Source: Acidobacteriota bacterium (GTDB lineage Bacteria; Acidobacteriota; UBA6911; RPQK01; JAJDTT01). From it: 64,000 nucleotides of DNA. The position numbers and the translations under genes were made by a program. The stretch covers positions 800,001 through 864,000 of the forward strand of contig CBDCJH010000002.1 of the NCBI GenBank assembly GCA_965217775.1, read 5' to 3'. This document shows positions 1 to 8,816 of this stretch, piece by piece. The first letter of the stretch is position 1, and each line of letters starts with the position of its first letter. The notes below the pieces were generated by a model that was given only the letters and a program-made list of their open reading frames with translations, made no database searches and was not told the origin of the DNA.

Positions 1-11
1 AGTACGAGGCG

Positions 12-608
12 GTGGTCAGGACGCTTGCGCCGCGAGAAAAATTTGTGGACTACCTGTCCAACCTGCCGGAGTTCGAGCCTTACCTTGAAGCGAGAGGATC
101 GTTCACTGGCCACGTCCTTGTTGGCTCAACGGAGGCCTTTGCGGCGATTGGCATTCTCCAAGACCCCGTCACCGGGGCGATCTCGACCGTCGAGCCCGAT
201 GTCGTCCGGCGGCCCCTTCGCAGAGAGGTTCCGGCATGGTATGCGAGCAAATCCACGGAGCAGTATGAAATCGCCGTCACCGTCGCGACCGAACCGCACT
301 GGATCACAGGAGAAAGATGGTGGACGAAGGCGACGATCGGAGTTCTTCGGGACTCAGAAGGGTGGAAATATCCGTATCAGGTAGAGATTGGGCTCTTGGA
401 CTCGGCGGGGAAGAGAGTCACCTGGACCTACGTTGACACTCGCCCGTCCATCCACGATGGACATCCTGATTTGCAGCGTCACGGCGGCAAGTTTTATCCC
501 CTCCGCCCGTTCCGTATTCTCCAGCACCATGTGGCACGGGTGCAGGACATCCGAATCGACAAGGTTTGGAGACGGCAAGGGGACCGGTGGGTCGTGATCG
601 AGGATTGA
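12..608 (+). CDS. hypothetical protein, probably 5'-truncated by window edge
   Basis: 198-aa ORF, stop TGA 606-608; no recognised catalytic motif. Confidence 0.55.
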   Translation: MVRTLAPREKFVDYLSNLPEFEPYLEARGSFTGHVLVGSTEAFAAIGILQDPVTGAISTVEPDVVRRPLRREVPAWYASKSTEQYEIAVTVATEPHWITGERWWTKATIGVLRDSEGWKYPYQVEIGLLDSAGKRVTWTYVDTRPSIHDGHPDLQRHGGKFYPLRPFRILQHHVARVQDIRIDKVWRRQGDRWVVIED

Positions 609-609
609 C

Positions 610-660
610 TGTCCCTCAGTCATTAACTATCGAACGTTAACTGTTTCAGTCATTTAACGG
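610..660 (+). repeat. conserved element left-arm motif, homologous to 25811-25847
   Basis: tgtccctcagtcattaactatcgaacgttaactgttt vs tgtctctcagtcaaaaactaacgaacattaacttttt, 6 mismatches in 37 bp. Confidence 0.7.
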
Positions 661-1034
661 GTTCTTCGCCGGATCGGTAAAGTGGTTGACTCCCTATGTT
701 TGACGTGCTGAACAGGCAGCAGAATCGGTTCCTGAAAGCTGACTCACTCTTCCCATTTTCTCTAGTTTCCCAGGTTCGGAACACATGGTGCTTGCGCTGC
801 GTCGATCTTAGGCCAGCACCGCAGGGAAACACTTGAACCCTGACAGACTCGTGGTCCATTGACAACGGGTTCCCCGGCGCGTGTGCCGGGGGGCGGTGGG
901 GAAGATCCGACGCTACTTCGCGCTCAAGCCGCCGAATGCCGTCGAGGCCAACCGGACCGTCTTCGTCCGTGTCGATCCGGGGCATTCGACCGACCAGGGC
1001 CTGCTCAACGCCTACGGCGGAGTGGCGGCCGCCC

Positions 1035-1500
1035 TGAAGCGGGCGGTCGAGGGGCAGCCAGCGGCGGAGGGTCGCTCCTTCCAGGTCGTGATTGACGGTG
1101 AACACACTGGGCAGTCGCAAAGGCTGATGGAGGCTCGTTTCGGCTGTGCGTCAAGGGGGTCTCGTGGCCGATCCGGGAGTGTGAATGGGACAAGCCGGGT
1201 GGATTCACAAATGGCGGTCCCGGTGATTCACAAAGACGCTTCCCCCGATCATTTTGCCTTTCATGCCGTTACGGCCCCACTGAAGCGGCCGTTCATGTTG
1301 CAACCGGTGGTCGAGGATCGCTCCGTCCAGGTCGTGATTGACGGTGAACGCACTGGGCAGTCGCAAAGGCTTATGGAGGCTCGTTTCGGCAGTGTGTCGA
1401 GGGGGTCTCGTGGCCGATCGGGGAGTGTAAGTGAGTCAGCGGGGGTCACTTACATCATGAGAGCTTTCCCCCTTACACAGGCGAATTCCCCGATCTCCCT
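1035..1500 (+). repeat. diverged tandem duplication, period 246 bp
   Basis: ccaggtcgtgattgacggtgaac...gaggctcgtttcggc at 1081 and 1327. Confidence 0.85.
1134..1250 (+). repeat. structured repeat copy A (5' domain only, GTGAAT/ATTCAC variant)
   Basis: near-identical to 16061-16177. Confidence 0.85.
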
Positions 1501-1678
1501 TTCCTGCTTGTGGTTACGCCCAGATCCACGAACGGCGGCGCCCGCACGGGGAAATCGGAGGTGGACGGGAGCGACCCCCCCCTTTTTGCTGCCCGGATCG
1601 GGCACGGCGGCGCGGCGCAATTCACATTGCGCCAACGCCCCCTCGGGGAGGTCGCTCCCGTCCCAAGTATCCCTGCGG
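1380..1678 (+). repeat. structured repeat copy B (GTGTAAG/CTTACA variant)
   Basis: aligns with copies C and D; contains gacgggagcgacc...ggtcgctcccgtc stem. Confidence 0.9.
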
Positions 1679-1746
1679 ACTGCTTCTCTAAAGTCCATAA
1701 CCCATTCTCTATAAAAGAGTTATGAGATTTCCAACACCACTCTTCC
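1674..1746 (+). repeat. att/element-end-like repeat, copy 1 (copy 2 at 7673-7745)
   Basis: 73-bp ungapped alignment, about 75% identity, AT-rich core. Confidence 0.75.
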
Positions 1747-1980
1747 CCCCATTCTTTCCACCGGGATGAATCGGATGTCTTTGGCCCTTCATGGCCGTGA
1801 ACGGACGTAACCGTTCGGCCAGACCGTGAATGGAGTGGACTTCCACTCCGACTAGTCGTGGCTTGATTGGTGCGGTCCGTGTTCGGAGCGGGCGTGCGGA
1901 TCAGGTTGACGAGAACCTCGGCAGTTGGCGCAGAGGATACGTCATTGCGCTGGAAGGCTCGTCCAAGATGTTGGAATGCG

Positions 1981-2739
1981 ATGATGTTGAAACGCAAGCC
2001 GCTTCCTCTCATTCGCCTGATAGTGAACATGACTCCTGCCGAACGCGTCGATCAGCGCACTTGGTCCACGCTCGGTTGTGCCCAACAACTTCGGGTCCGT
2101 TTCGGCGAAGAAACGCTGACCGATTTGCTCGTGCTTGACATGCTTCCACACCAGCGCACCAGGGGCTTTTGGCTCTCTCCAACTACGAAGCATGCCGAGC
2201 ATCGGCACGGTGCCGACCTCCTTGTTGCCGAGCGATATCACACCGGCCGCTGGTCCCGCTTCGCGCTTCAGGCTAAAAAGCTGTACCCGAACGACAAATA
2301 CCCGATGTTGAACGGGGGGCCGAAGTACCACAGCCAATTGGACAAGCTCGACGTGTTCGCGCGGCAGCTACACGCCCTGCCCCTTTACTTGCTCTACAAC
2401 CACTCGAACACCGTACAGCCTTCCAAGCACTGGCACTGCTCGCAGCCTTTCGACGTAGGTCAACTGGGTTGCACGCTTGTCCCGAGTTGGCACATTCGGC
2501 GCATGACTTCCCGTCCGCTCCCTCGGAATTTCGACCTGGCTCACAAAGTCAGTCAGGCCAAACCATGGCGCTACGCCTTCGATTGTCCCGACGCCGAGAC
2601 ATCACTCATCCAAATGGCGTTTCGCACTCGGCATCGAGACCCGAATACACCGCCCGCCGGGCACCGTCAGTACGACTGGCCCTGTCAACCGATGAAAGCT
2701 GCTTGGCCTGAAAGGCTGTTTCGCAAATCGATGACATAG
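1981..2739 (+). CDS. DUF6615-like putative PD-(D/E)XK nuclease-fold protein
   Basis: EETLTDLL...E...GAD...ALQAKKL motif pattern; start uncertain. Confidence 0.6.
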   Translation: MMLKRKPLPLIRLIVNMTPAERVDQRTWSTLGCAQQLRVRFGEETLTDLLVLDMLPHQRTRGFWLSPTTKHAEHRHGADLLVAERYHTGRWSRFALQAKKLYPNDKYPMLNGGPKYHSQLDKLDVFARQLHALPLYLLYNHSNTVQPSKHWHCSQPFDVGQLGCTLVPSWHIRRMTSRPLPRNFDLAHKVSQAKPWRYAFDCPDAETSLIQMAFRTRHRDPNTPPAGHRQYDWPCQPMKAAWPERLFRKSMT

Positions 2740-2972
2740 CTGATGAGGGAAGATGTGGACAAAATCCGACGCGAACTGACTGGGTTCTACCGTTGCGGTG
2801 CCAATGACGGGCCAATAGAATCTTTCAGATATGATGAGAGGTGGTTGTATCCGGCGCGACTCCTCCTAGTTGATCGGTCGAAGGAACCGTAAGTGCGGTC
2901 TCGTGAGCCTCAGCCGCCAGAGCAGGACGTCAAGACCATGGATCACTTCTACCGACAGGTGAGGCTTGGCGC

Positions 2973-3028
2973 GCACAACCGACCGGTTTCTGTTGATAGC
3001 CACCGGCAGGTGAGCCGGATTGTTAGCA
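2973..3028 (+). other. degenerate integron attC-like site
   Basis: GCACAAC ... caggtgagccggattGTTAGCA, 10 bp before ATG 3039; left arm pairs poorly. Confidence 0.4.
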
Positions 3029-3196
3029 GGACAAAGCCATGGACTTCTCGACGCTGCTCGAAAACAAGGTGCTTCTGGCCGCCATTTCAGGCCTATCGGG
3101 CGTTGTCTTAACGCTGATTACCCAGCGGATTCTAGGGAAGCGCGGACTGTTCACCTACTTTGGGGGATTATATACGAAAGTGCCGAAACCTGAGCA

Positions 3197-3379
3197 TTAA
3201 CGCCGGTTCCGTGGCCGGTCTATCCATCTGATATTCACGGGCTGGACCAATGCACGGGCCAGCTCCTCGAAGTCTGCTTCCACGCGCATATCCGGTTCCA
3301 GTTCGGCCTTGGTCGGTTGGTAGGAATCCTTGACCAGTTCGATGGTGGGATGTTGGGGATTGTGTCTGGGTTTCTTCAT
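3197..3379 (-). CDS. 60-aa IS passenger protein
   Basis: ATGA overlap with upstream ORF; identical protein in both IS copies. Confidence 0.65.
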   Translation of the reverse strand: MKKPRHNPQHPTIELVKDSYQPTKAELEPDMRVEADFEELARALVQPVNIRWIDRPRNRR

Positions 3380-3881
3380 GCGGCCCTCGGCATCCTAGGT
3401 TGTTTCCCCTCAAAGTAGTCTTCCGCCGTGTAGATTTGAATCTTGGGCAGGTCCATGAAGCGTCCGGCGTTGACGGCGGCATTTCTCATGCCGTTGGTCA
3501 CTCGGTCTCGAAAGCAGGTGAAGATGCCGAGATCAGCTCCGGCCTGTCGACGTGCGCCGTTGAAGGCTTGGACGTGTCCGGGATTGGTAGAGCCGCCTTT
3601 GACCTGAGAAACGATGTCAATGAACCGGCCCTTGCGGATCGGGAGCCGTCCCACGCCGTCAATTCCGCCATCCCGTCTCTGGATTCGGTTCGGCTCCGTA
3701 CCCTCCACCAGAGCAGCAGCCCACCTCTCAAACCGGAATTTATCGATGCTGGCAAGCTCCTGAGCGTGTGTGATGGTATGGGGAAGGCCAATGTCTTGGG
3801 TGTGTTCCCAACGGATTCATCCGGGACATCCTCCCGCATGACTTCAAGGTGGTCTCCAAAGCTCAGTCGATTTTCGTTCAA
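3376..3881 (-). pseudogene. internally deleted DNA methyltransferase / Mrr-like nuclease passenger
   Basis: N-term MNENRLSFGDHLEVMREDVPDESV (MTase start) joined out of frame to ...DKFRFERWAAALV...DGGIDG...SQVKGG C-terminal domain. Confidence 0.7.
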
Positions 3882-4828
3882 CCCACCAAATCCTTGTAAC
3901 GCAGCCGCTTTCCCACCATCCGGTCAGCGACCAGGGCCATTTGATCCAACGTGTCCATGCGCCTTAGGTTGTGACGTGCGGCAAACTCTCCAACGTATCG
4001 GTCGGTGTGCTGTTCCGAGAAGTGGTGAAAGGTTCCGTGGTAACTCCGCTTCAACATCGACCAGAACGATTCGGCTCCGTTGGTGTGGCAGTTGCCTTTG
4101 ACGTACTCCTGAAGAGAATGCTTGACCGTCTCGTGATTGACAAGCCGGCCGTAAGAGGTTGAATCGTCGGTGTAGATCTTGGCATCTTCTCCCACGTGCT
4201 CCAAGACGAAACGGGAGAGGGTTTCAGACTTGGTGTCAGGGACGACTCGGGCCGACACTTGGTTGGAGGGGCGATCTTTGACGGCAGCCACGGCCGTCTT
4301 TCCAACGGCTCCACGTCCCTCCAGTTTGGCGCGTTTGGCCTTCGGCATATTCTTCCGCTTTCCGCCGAGATACGCCTCGTCAGCCTCGACCGGGCCGGAG
4401 AACAGGGCCATTCCAGTCAGGTTCAGACCTTTCCGTATCCGGTGAGCAAGGTGCCAAGCCGTCTTCTGTGTTACGTCCAGGTCACGATGCAGCTTCATGG
4501 AGGAAACGCTCTTGAGGCTGGTAGTAAGGAGGTAGGTCGCAAGCAACCAAGTCTGATAGCCGAGTTTGGAGGACTGCATAACCGTCCCGACCCGGACGCT
4601 GAACCGCTTGCCGCAATCGCGGCAACGATACGGCATGGAAGGATGCTTGGCTCCGGTCTGGACGTTGGTGGAGCCGCAATGGACGCAACAGACTTCCTCC
4701 GGCCACCGCCGCTTTATGAACCATTCCTCAGCGGCTTTATCGTCGGGAAATCTCTTGAAGAATCCGCGCAGTGAAAGTCCCTCTCGGAACGCCTTTCCGG
4801 GTGCCTTGTTCCGTGTCTCGTAACTCAT
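3878..4828 (-). CDS. IS1595 family transposase
   Basis: Zn ribbon CVHC/CRDC, VEADEAY, IYTDD, HTNGAESFWSMLKR. Confidence 0.95.
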   Translation of the reverse strand: MSYETRNKAPGKAFREGLSLRGFFKRFPDDKAAEEWFIKRRWPEEVCCVHCGSTNVQTGAKHPSMPYRCRDCGKRFSVRVGTVMQSSKLGYQTWLLATYLLTTSLKSVSSMKLHRDLDVTQKTAWHLAHRIRKGLNLTGMALFSGPVEADEAYLGGKRKNMPKAKRAKLEGRGAVGKTAVAAVKDRPSNQVSARVVPDTKSETLSRFVLEHVGEDAKIYTDDSTSYGRLVNHETVKHSLQEYVKGNCHTNGAESFWSMLKRSYHGTFHHFSEQHTDRYVGEFAARHNLRRMDTLDQMALVADRMVGKRLRYKDLVG

Positions 4829-5609
4829 TGCATCCTCCTGACTTACAAGACATATTCTATAGGAAAGTACCGGGATTGTCAACCCCTACGGGAAACCTTT
4901 TCGGCACTTTCGTATATAATCCCCCTACTTTGTGTGGCACAACCGTGTCGGCGTATCAGCCGACGACGCGGTATTCGGGACCGTAGGCGTCACTTGGAAC
5001 AGCAACGTAGTGCCAAACCTGTACTCATCGACAGTTGAGCTGAGAAACGAAAGTCTCGCTGACTACCAGAACGTCGTCGTGCGCGTGTTCTCGAACGACA
5101 CGCGCCTCTTGTCAGAACGCGCGGACTTGATGGGAACGACCCGCACCCTGGAATGGAGCGAGGAGTTCTCCCGTCGGTTGGCAGTCCAGCCAGGAACCCA
5201 GCCGACGGCGGGCCAGATGGTTCTATACGGGCGCCAGCGCGAATACGCCGTGCCGACGATGAATCGTGGTCAGATCGTGCGTCTGACGTTTCTGAATGCG
5301 CCTGACGGTGAGGCTCAGCCCACGATTTGGCTCGACATCGTTCATCCCGGTGTGAAGACCCGGTTCCGAGTGCCACATCAGCAGTTTCTTGGGACGCCGC
5401 AGCCCATCGCCGCGCTCATCGGCGCGGCTCTGGGTGTTCCCTTCCTGCTCGTAGTCGTCGCCTTGACCGACGTGGCCTGGGCCGCTGGGGTTCTGTGCTT
5501 ACTCTATGGGGTCTGCGTCGTCTTCCCGGGCGCGTACTTTATCAAGGCGTGGCGGGGGATCAGAGAGTTGGTCGGTGGATGATAGGGGGCACCGGCGCCG
5601 AAGGGCGCG

Positions 5610-5690
5610 TGCTAGCCTCGCGATGACGCCGACGCCGCGCGGCCATCGCGTGACGAAGCCGCTCGGCGCAGCTTATCGCGAACGTTGGGC
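5610..5690 (+). other. integron attC-like site (R'' degenerate)
   Basis: tgctagc tcgcgatgacgc ... gcttatcgcgaac GTTGGGC; arms pair with an extra base. Confidence 0.6.
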
Positions 5691-5704
5691 CTCTCGGTGA
5701 ACCG

Positions 5705-6637
5705 ATGGCGAGTGACGACAAGAGGGAACCGGCGCCGCCGGACGACGATTGCGTCGTTCCTTCTCACCCAGTTCCGGCGGGCGAACTAAGCCGCTACTCT
5801 GTGGAAGGCGACTCGCACTCGGAAAGCGACATCGCCAACTACGTTAATGGCCAGGCTCTGGATCAGACCGTCTTGCATGTCGAGAAGATCAAGGAAGCAA
5901 TAGTCCTCGGTGAGGCCTATGAGATATGGGATGTAACCACCGACAAAGATCGGTGGTGGGTCCTGACCAATCTAACCAATCTATACTCTCAACGTCATTT
6001 TCCAAGCCTCGACTACACGCTGTCGTTTCACATTGGACTCATGGCCAGACTGCGCAGTCGCTCAGATCGGGTAGACGGAACCGATCCGACGCCGTTTGAC
6101 GAAGTGTTTAGGCGTATCGATCAGGCCGAGTGCAGGTTTGAGCGAGCAGTCGAGCCCGATGAGTTTCAGGCAGTCGGCATGCACCTAAGGGAAAGCCTGA
6201 TATCGCTGATTTACGCAACGAGGCGTCGTGCGGAGCTCCCCGCGAAGATCGAGCTCCCGCAAGGGGCCAACTTCGTCTCGTGGTCAGAGCTGCTGATGAA
6301 TCATCTGTGCAGCGGGAGCAGCAACAAGAAGCTGCGGCAACACCTCAAGAACATCTCGAAGGACACATGGCAGCTCGTGAACTGGCTCACACATGACAGG
6401 AGTGCGAATAAGACTGCGGCATCCGTTGCGATCCATTCGTGCCAAACAACCATTGGTCACTTCATTCAGGTCCTCGAACGAAGCCGGACGGACAAGACTG
6501 AGGAGTGCCCGGTCTGCAAGTCGCGCAACATCAGGACCCACTTCGATCTCGCGATTCAACCGGACGGCGACTACTATTTGAGCTGTGGAGCATGTGCCTG
6601 GACGAATCATCCTGGTCAGGCGCACGACGAGGTCTAA
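5705..6637 (+). CDS. hypothetical cassette protein with C-terminal Zn ribbon
   Basis: 310 aa; CPVC...CGAC; stop codon lies within R'' of following attC. Confidence 0.8.
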   Translation: MASDDKREPAPPDDDCVVPSHPVPAGELSRYSVEGDSHSESDIANYVNGQALDQTVLHVEKIKEAIVLGEAYEIWDVTTDKDRWWVLTNLTNLYSQRHFPSLDYTLSFHIGLMARLRSRSDRVDGTDPTPFDEVFRRIDQAECRFERAVEPDEFQAVGMHLRESLISLIYATRRRAELPAKIELPQGANFVSWSELLMNHLCSGSSNKKLRQHLKNISKDTWQLVNWLTHDRSANKTAASVAIHSCQTTIGHFIQVLERSRTDKTEECPVCKSRNIRTHFDLAIQPDGDYYLSCGACAWTNHPGQAHDEV

Positions 6638-6701
6638 CACGGCGTGCAGATGACAGCGCGAGGGATCGCGAGCGCGCTGCGGCTGATGCCTGACGTTGCG
6701 C
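6632..6701 (+). other. integron attC site
   Basis: GTCTAAC-ggcgtGcag...cagcgcg/cgcgctg...ctgatgcc-GTTGCGC; 70-bp imperfect palindrome with extrahelical G. Confidence 0.8.
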
Positions 6702-6744
6702 CGAAATCAAGAGCACGAGCGGTGGCCGGCGTGAGGATGAAGCA

Positions 6745-7140
6745 GTGTCAGTCGGCGAATCGGCCGCAGAACGCAGGGCACGGCTCCTGAGTTATCAGGC
6801 CGGCGAAGATGCTCTGGCCGTGCTCGAAGGGACGGTGCGGCGAGTCGAACAGCTCCTGCACGGTGTCTCGAATCAAGCTCTATCCCGTCGTCCGTCGCCT
6901 GGGAAATGGTCGGTGCAAGAGATCCTCGCGCATCTGGCCGACACCGAGCTTGTCGTCGCGTACCGGATTCGCAAGATTCTCAGTTTGCCGGGCACCGCCA
7001 TGGAGGGATTCGATCAGGATGCGTGGGCTCGGGCGGGGCGGTACTCTCAGATAGCTGTTACGGACTCGCTAATTTTGTTCAGTGCCGTGAGGGAGGCGAA
7101 CCTTCGCCTACTTCGATCGCTCGAACCGAATCAGGTCGGC
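6745..7140 (+). pseudogene. DinB/YfiT-family protein, 3'-truncated
   Basis: PGKWSVQEILAHLADTE...FDQDAWA motifs; expected C-terminal His motif absent, ORF reads on into unrelated sequence to 7410. Confidence 0.7.
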
Positions 7141-7488
7141 TGCCGAAGGCATCTCCGACGACGACGCCCTCAACCGTTTCGCGACTTCCGAGGAGCCCAA
7201 GCCCCCACTGACCATCAGATGCGCTGCTGCCTCGTAGATCGAGCAATGGGTGCCAGCCAACAATCTTCCCGCGCGAATGTCATCGAGCATCGCCATCTGT
7301 ATGCTCCCGCGATGGCCGGAATCCGCCTAGCCATGGGATGCACTGGGCACTCCACCGATGTCCACATTTGCCCAAGCACTCCAGCGGTTTGTGATCGTAC
7401 CCTCTCCTAGGTGGTCGTCGCAAAGGGCAAGGAAACGGAACGACAAATCGGGTTTCGGCTCACGTGAGCACCGCGACGAACTCTCCGC

Positions 7489-7677
7489 TCAACGCACTCT
7501 GGAAAGGTAGTCGGCCCAACCGTCGATCAGCCGCCGCCGCTCGAACAGGTCCGAACGGGCGTAGGCGGCCTCGACCTTGTTCTGGACGACGTGAGCCAAC
7601 GCCGCCTCGATGACCTCGCGCGGGTGGTCCGTCTCCTCGGCGGCCCAGTCCCGGAACGAGGATCGGAAGCCATGCGG
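7489..7677 (-). pseudogene. C-terminal fragment of P4-like tyrosine integrase
   Basis: manual translation PHGFRSSFRDWAAEETDHPREVIEAALAHVVQNKVEAAYARSDLFERRRLIDGWADYL. Confidence 0.9.
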
Positions 7678-7745
7678 ACTGTTTCTATAACTTCCCTAAA
7701 CCATTCATTATAAAATAGTTAAGTGTTTTTTGACTCCGCTCTTCC
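7673..7745 (+). repeat. att/element-end-like repeat, copy 2
   Basis: homologous to 1674-1746; begins exactly where the integrase remnant is truncated. Confidence 0.75.
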
Positions 7746-7890
7746 ACGGCTTGACCGAACGCTTACAAACGAACGAACGATGCCGAGCGACTCTCCATGG
7801 ACCCCACGTTTCGGGTGATCGGTTCGCAGAAGATCCGGGAGCCCCCCCACGGCGGCGTAAAGCCCAGAACCATGCCTCCGGGTTATAATT

Positions 7891-8520
7891 TTACTGCTTG
7901 GGAACGCTCTTCATTTTCCTCAATACCTCTTGTGCTAACGGGCCATTTTGAGCCTCAATCGCGACGGCCGCTGCGGCGGCCAGGGCGGTCATATCAGCCC
8001 AGAGCAACGCGTCCAGAATCTCGGAGTCCTGGTAATTGTAGCCAAGACCTTGGGGCGTGAGTCGCGCCCCGATTTGCTGGTAGCCAGTGTGAGTATAGCT
8101 GCACAACATTTTCCACGATTGATCCTTTACACCTGAAAAGGGTTTGGACTGGAAGTGAGGAGATTTCTCGAGCGCCGTAATGATATCGGAATTGGGCGGG
8201 ACCTTGTCTCGCCCAGCCCGGTCAATTTCTTCATCGGTCGCCGCGTACATCAGCCACATTCCTCTGAGGTACGCCTCATACATCGACCGGACTAGCGCGA
8301 GGGCCGAACCGTGAAGCGTTGCGTGAACGAGCTCGACAATAGCCATCGAGTGCTCGATTGTGACGAGCCAGCAAGCCGCCGCAAGCTGTAACCGTTTCGA
8401 ATTTGGCCACTGCGGAATCCTCATTCCGTCAAATTTCGATCTCCACCAGCGCACAATGCATTCAGACTTCTTTAATCGCTGGGCGATGGCAGGTGACAGC
8501 GCGGGTTGTGGGTTGCTCAA
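7891..8520 (-). CDS. DUF5677/DUF6988-like helical protein
   Basis: SALALVRSMYEAYLRGMWL and LCSYTH motifs; RBS aggag before TTG. Confidence 0.65.
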   Translation of the reverse strand: MSNPQPALSPAIAQRLKKSECIVRWWRSKFDGMRIPQWPNSKRLQLAAACWLVTIEHSMAIVELVHATLHGSALALVRSMYEAYLRGMWLMYAATDEEIDRAGRDKVPPNSDIITALEKSPHFQSKPFSGVKDQSWKMLCSYTHTGYQQIGARLTPQGLGYNYQDSEILDALLWADMTALAAAAAVAIEAQNGPLAQEVLRKMKSVPKQ

Positions 8521-8816
8521 TTCTTTCTCCTTGTCGTGTCCACCGAAATTTCCATTTTAACCGTCGCTGTCCATTCTTCTGAGTTCGATAACGTAAGAGT
8601 ACTCCCCACCATTTTGCAAGCGGCAATCCTAGTGTCCTCTTCGACTCCCTTCGGATTTGAGCGTAAGGTGACGGGGTGACCCGTAGGCGCTACGTCGCGC
8701 TTTTCACGCAGTGGTGGTTCTGGCGCAGGTCCGGCGGCATCAGGTCAGGATCTCGACCTCCGGCCGGTTTTTCACAGATACGGAATTGCGGTCTGTCTTC
8801 TATTGTCCCTGTGTAC

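Larger units (their letters stand above)
3163..4924 (-). mobile_element. IS1595-family element with passenger genes, copy 1 (1762 bp)
   Basis: TIR ggggattatatacgaaagtgccgaaa; 8-bp TSD ctactttg at 3155-3162 and 4925-4932. Confidence 0.95.
3039..5582 (+). pseudogene. membrane-protein gene cassette split by IS1595
   Basis: removing the IS and one TSD restores one frame: MDFSTLLENK...GLFTYF|VWHNRVGVSADD... with terminal TM helices. Confidence 0.85.

Noticed and set aside
881-1714. 277-aa ORF as a real gene
   Set aside because: Mostly read-through across the non-coding repeats; only the first ~70 codons may be a gene remnant.
1726-1734. GATTTCCAA as the left att core matching 21283-21291
   Set aside because: No REP 5' arm or left-arm motif next to it, and the homologous end at 7673 lacks it; probably chance.
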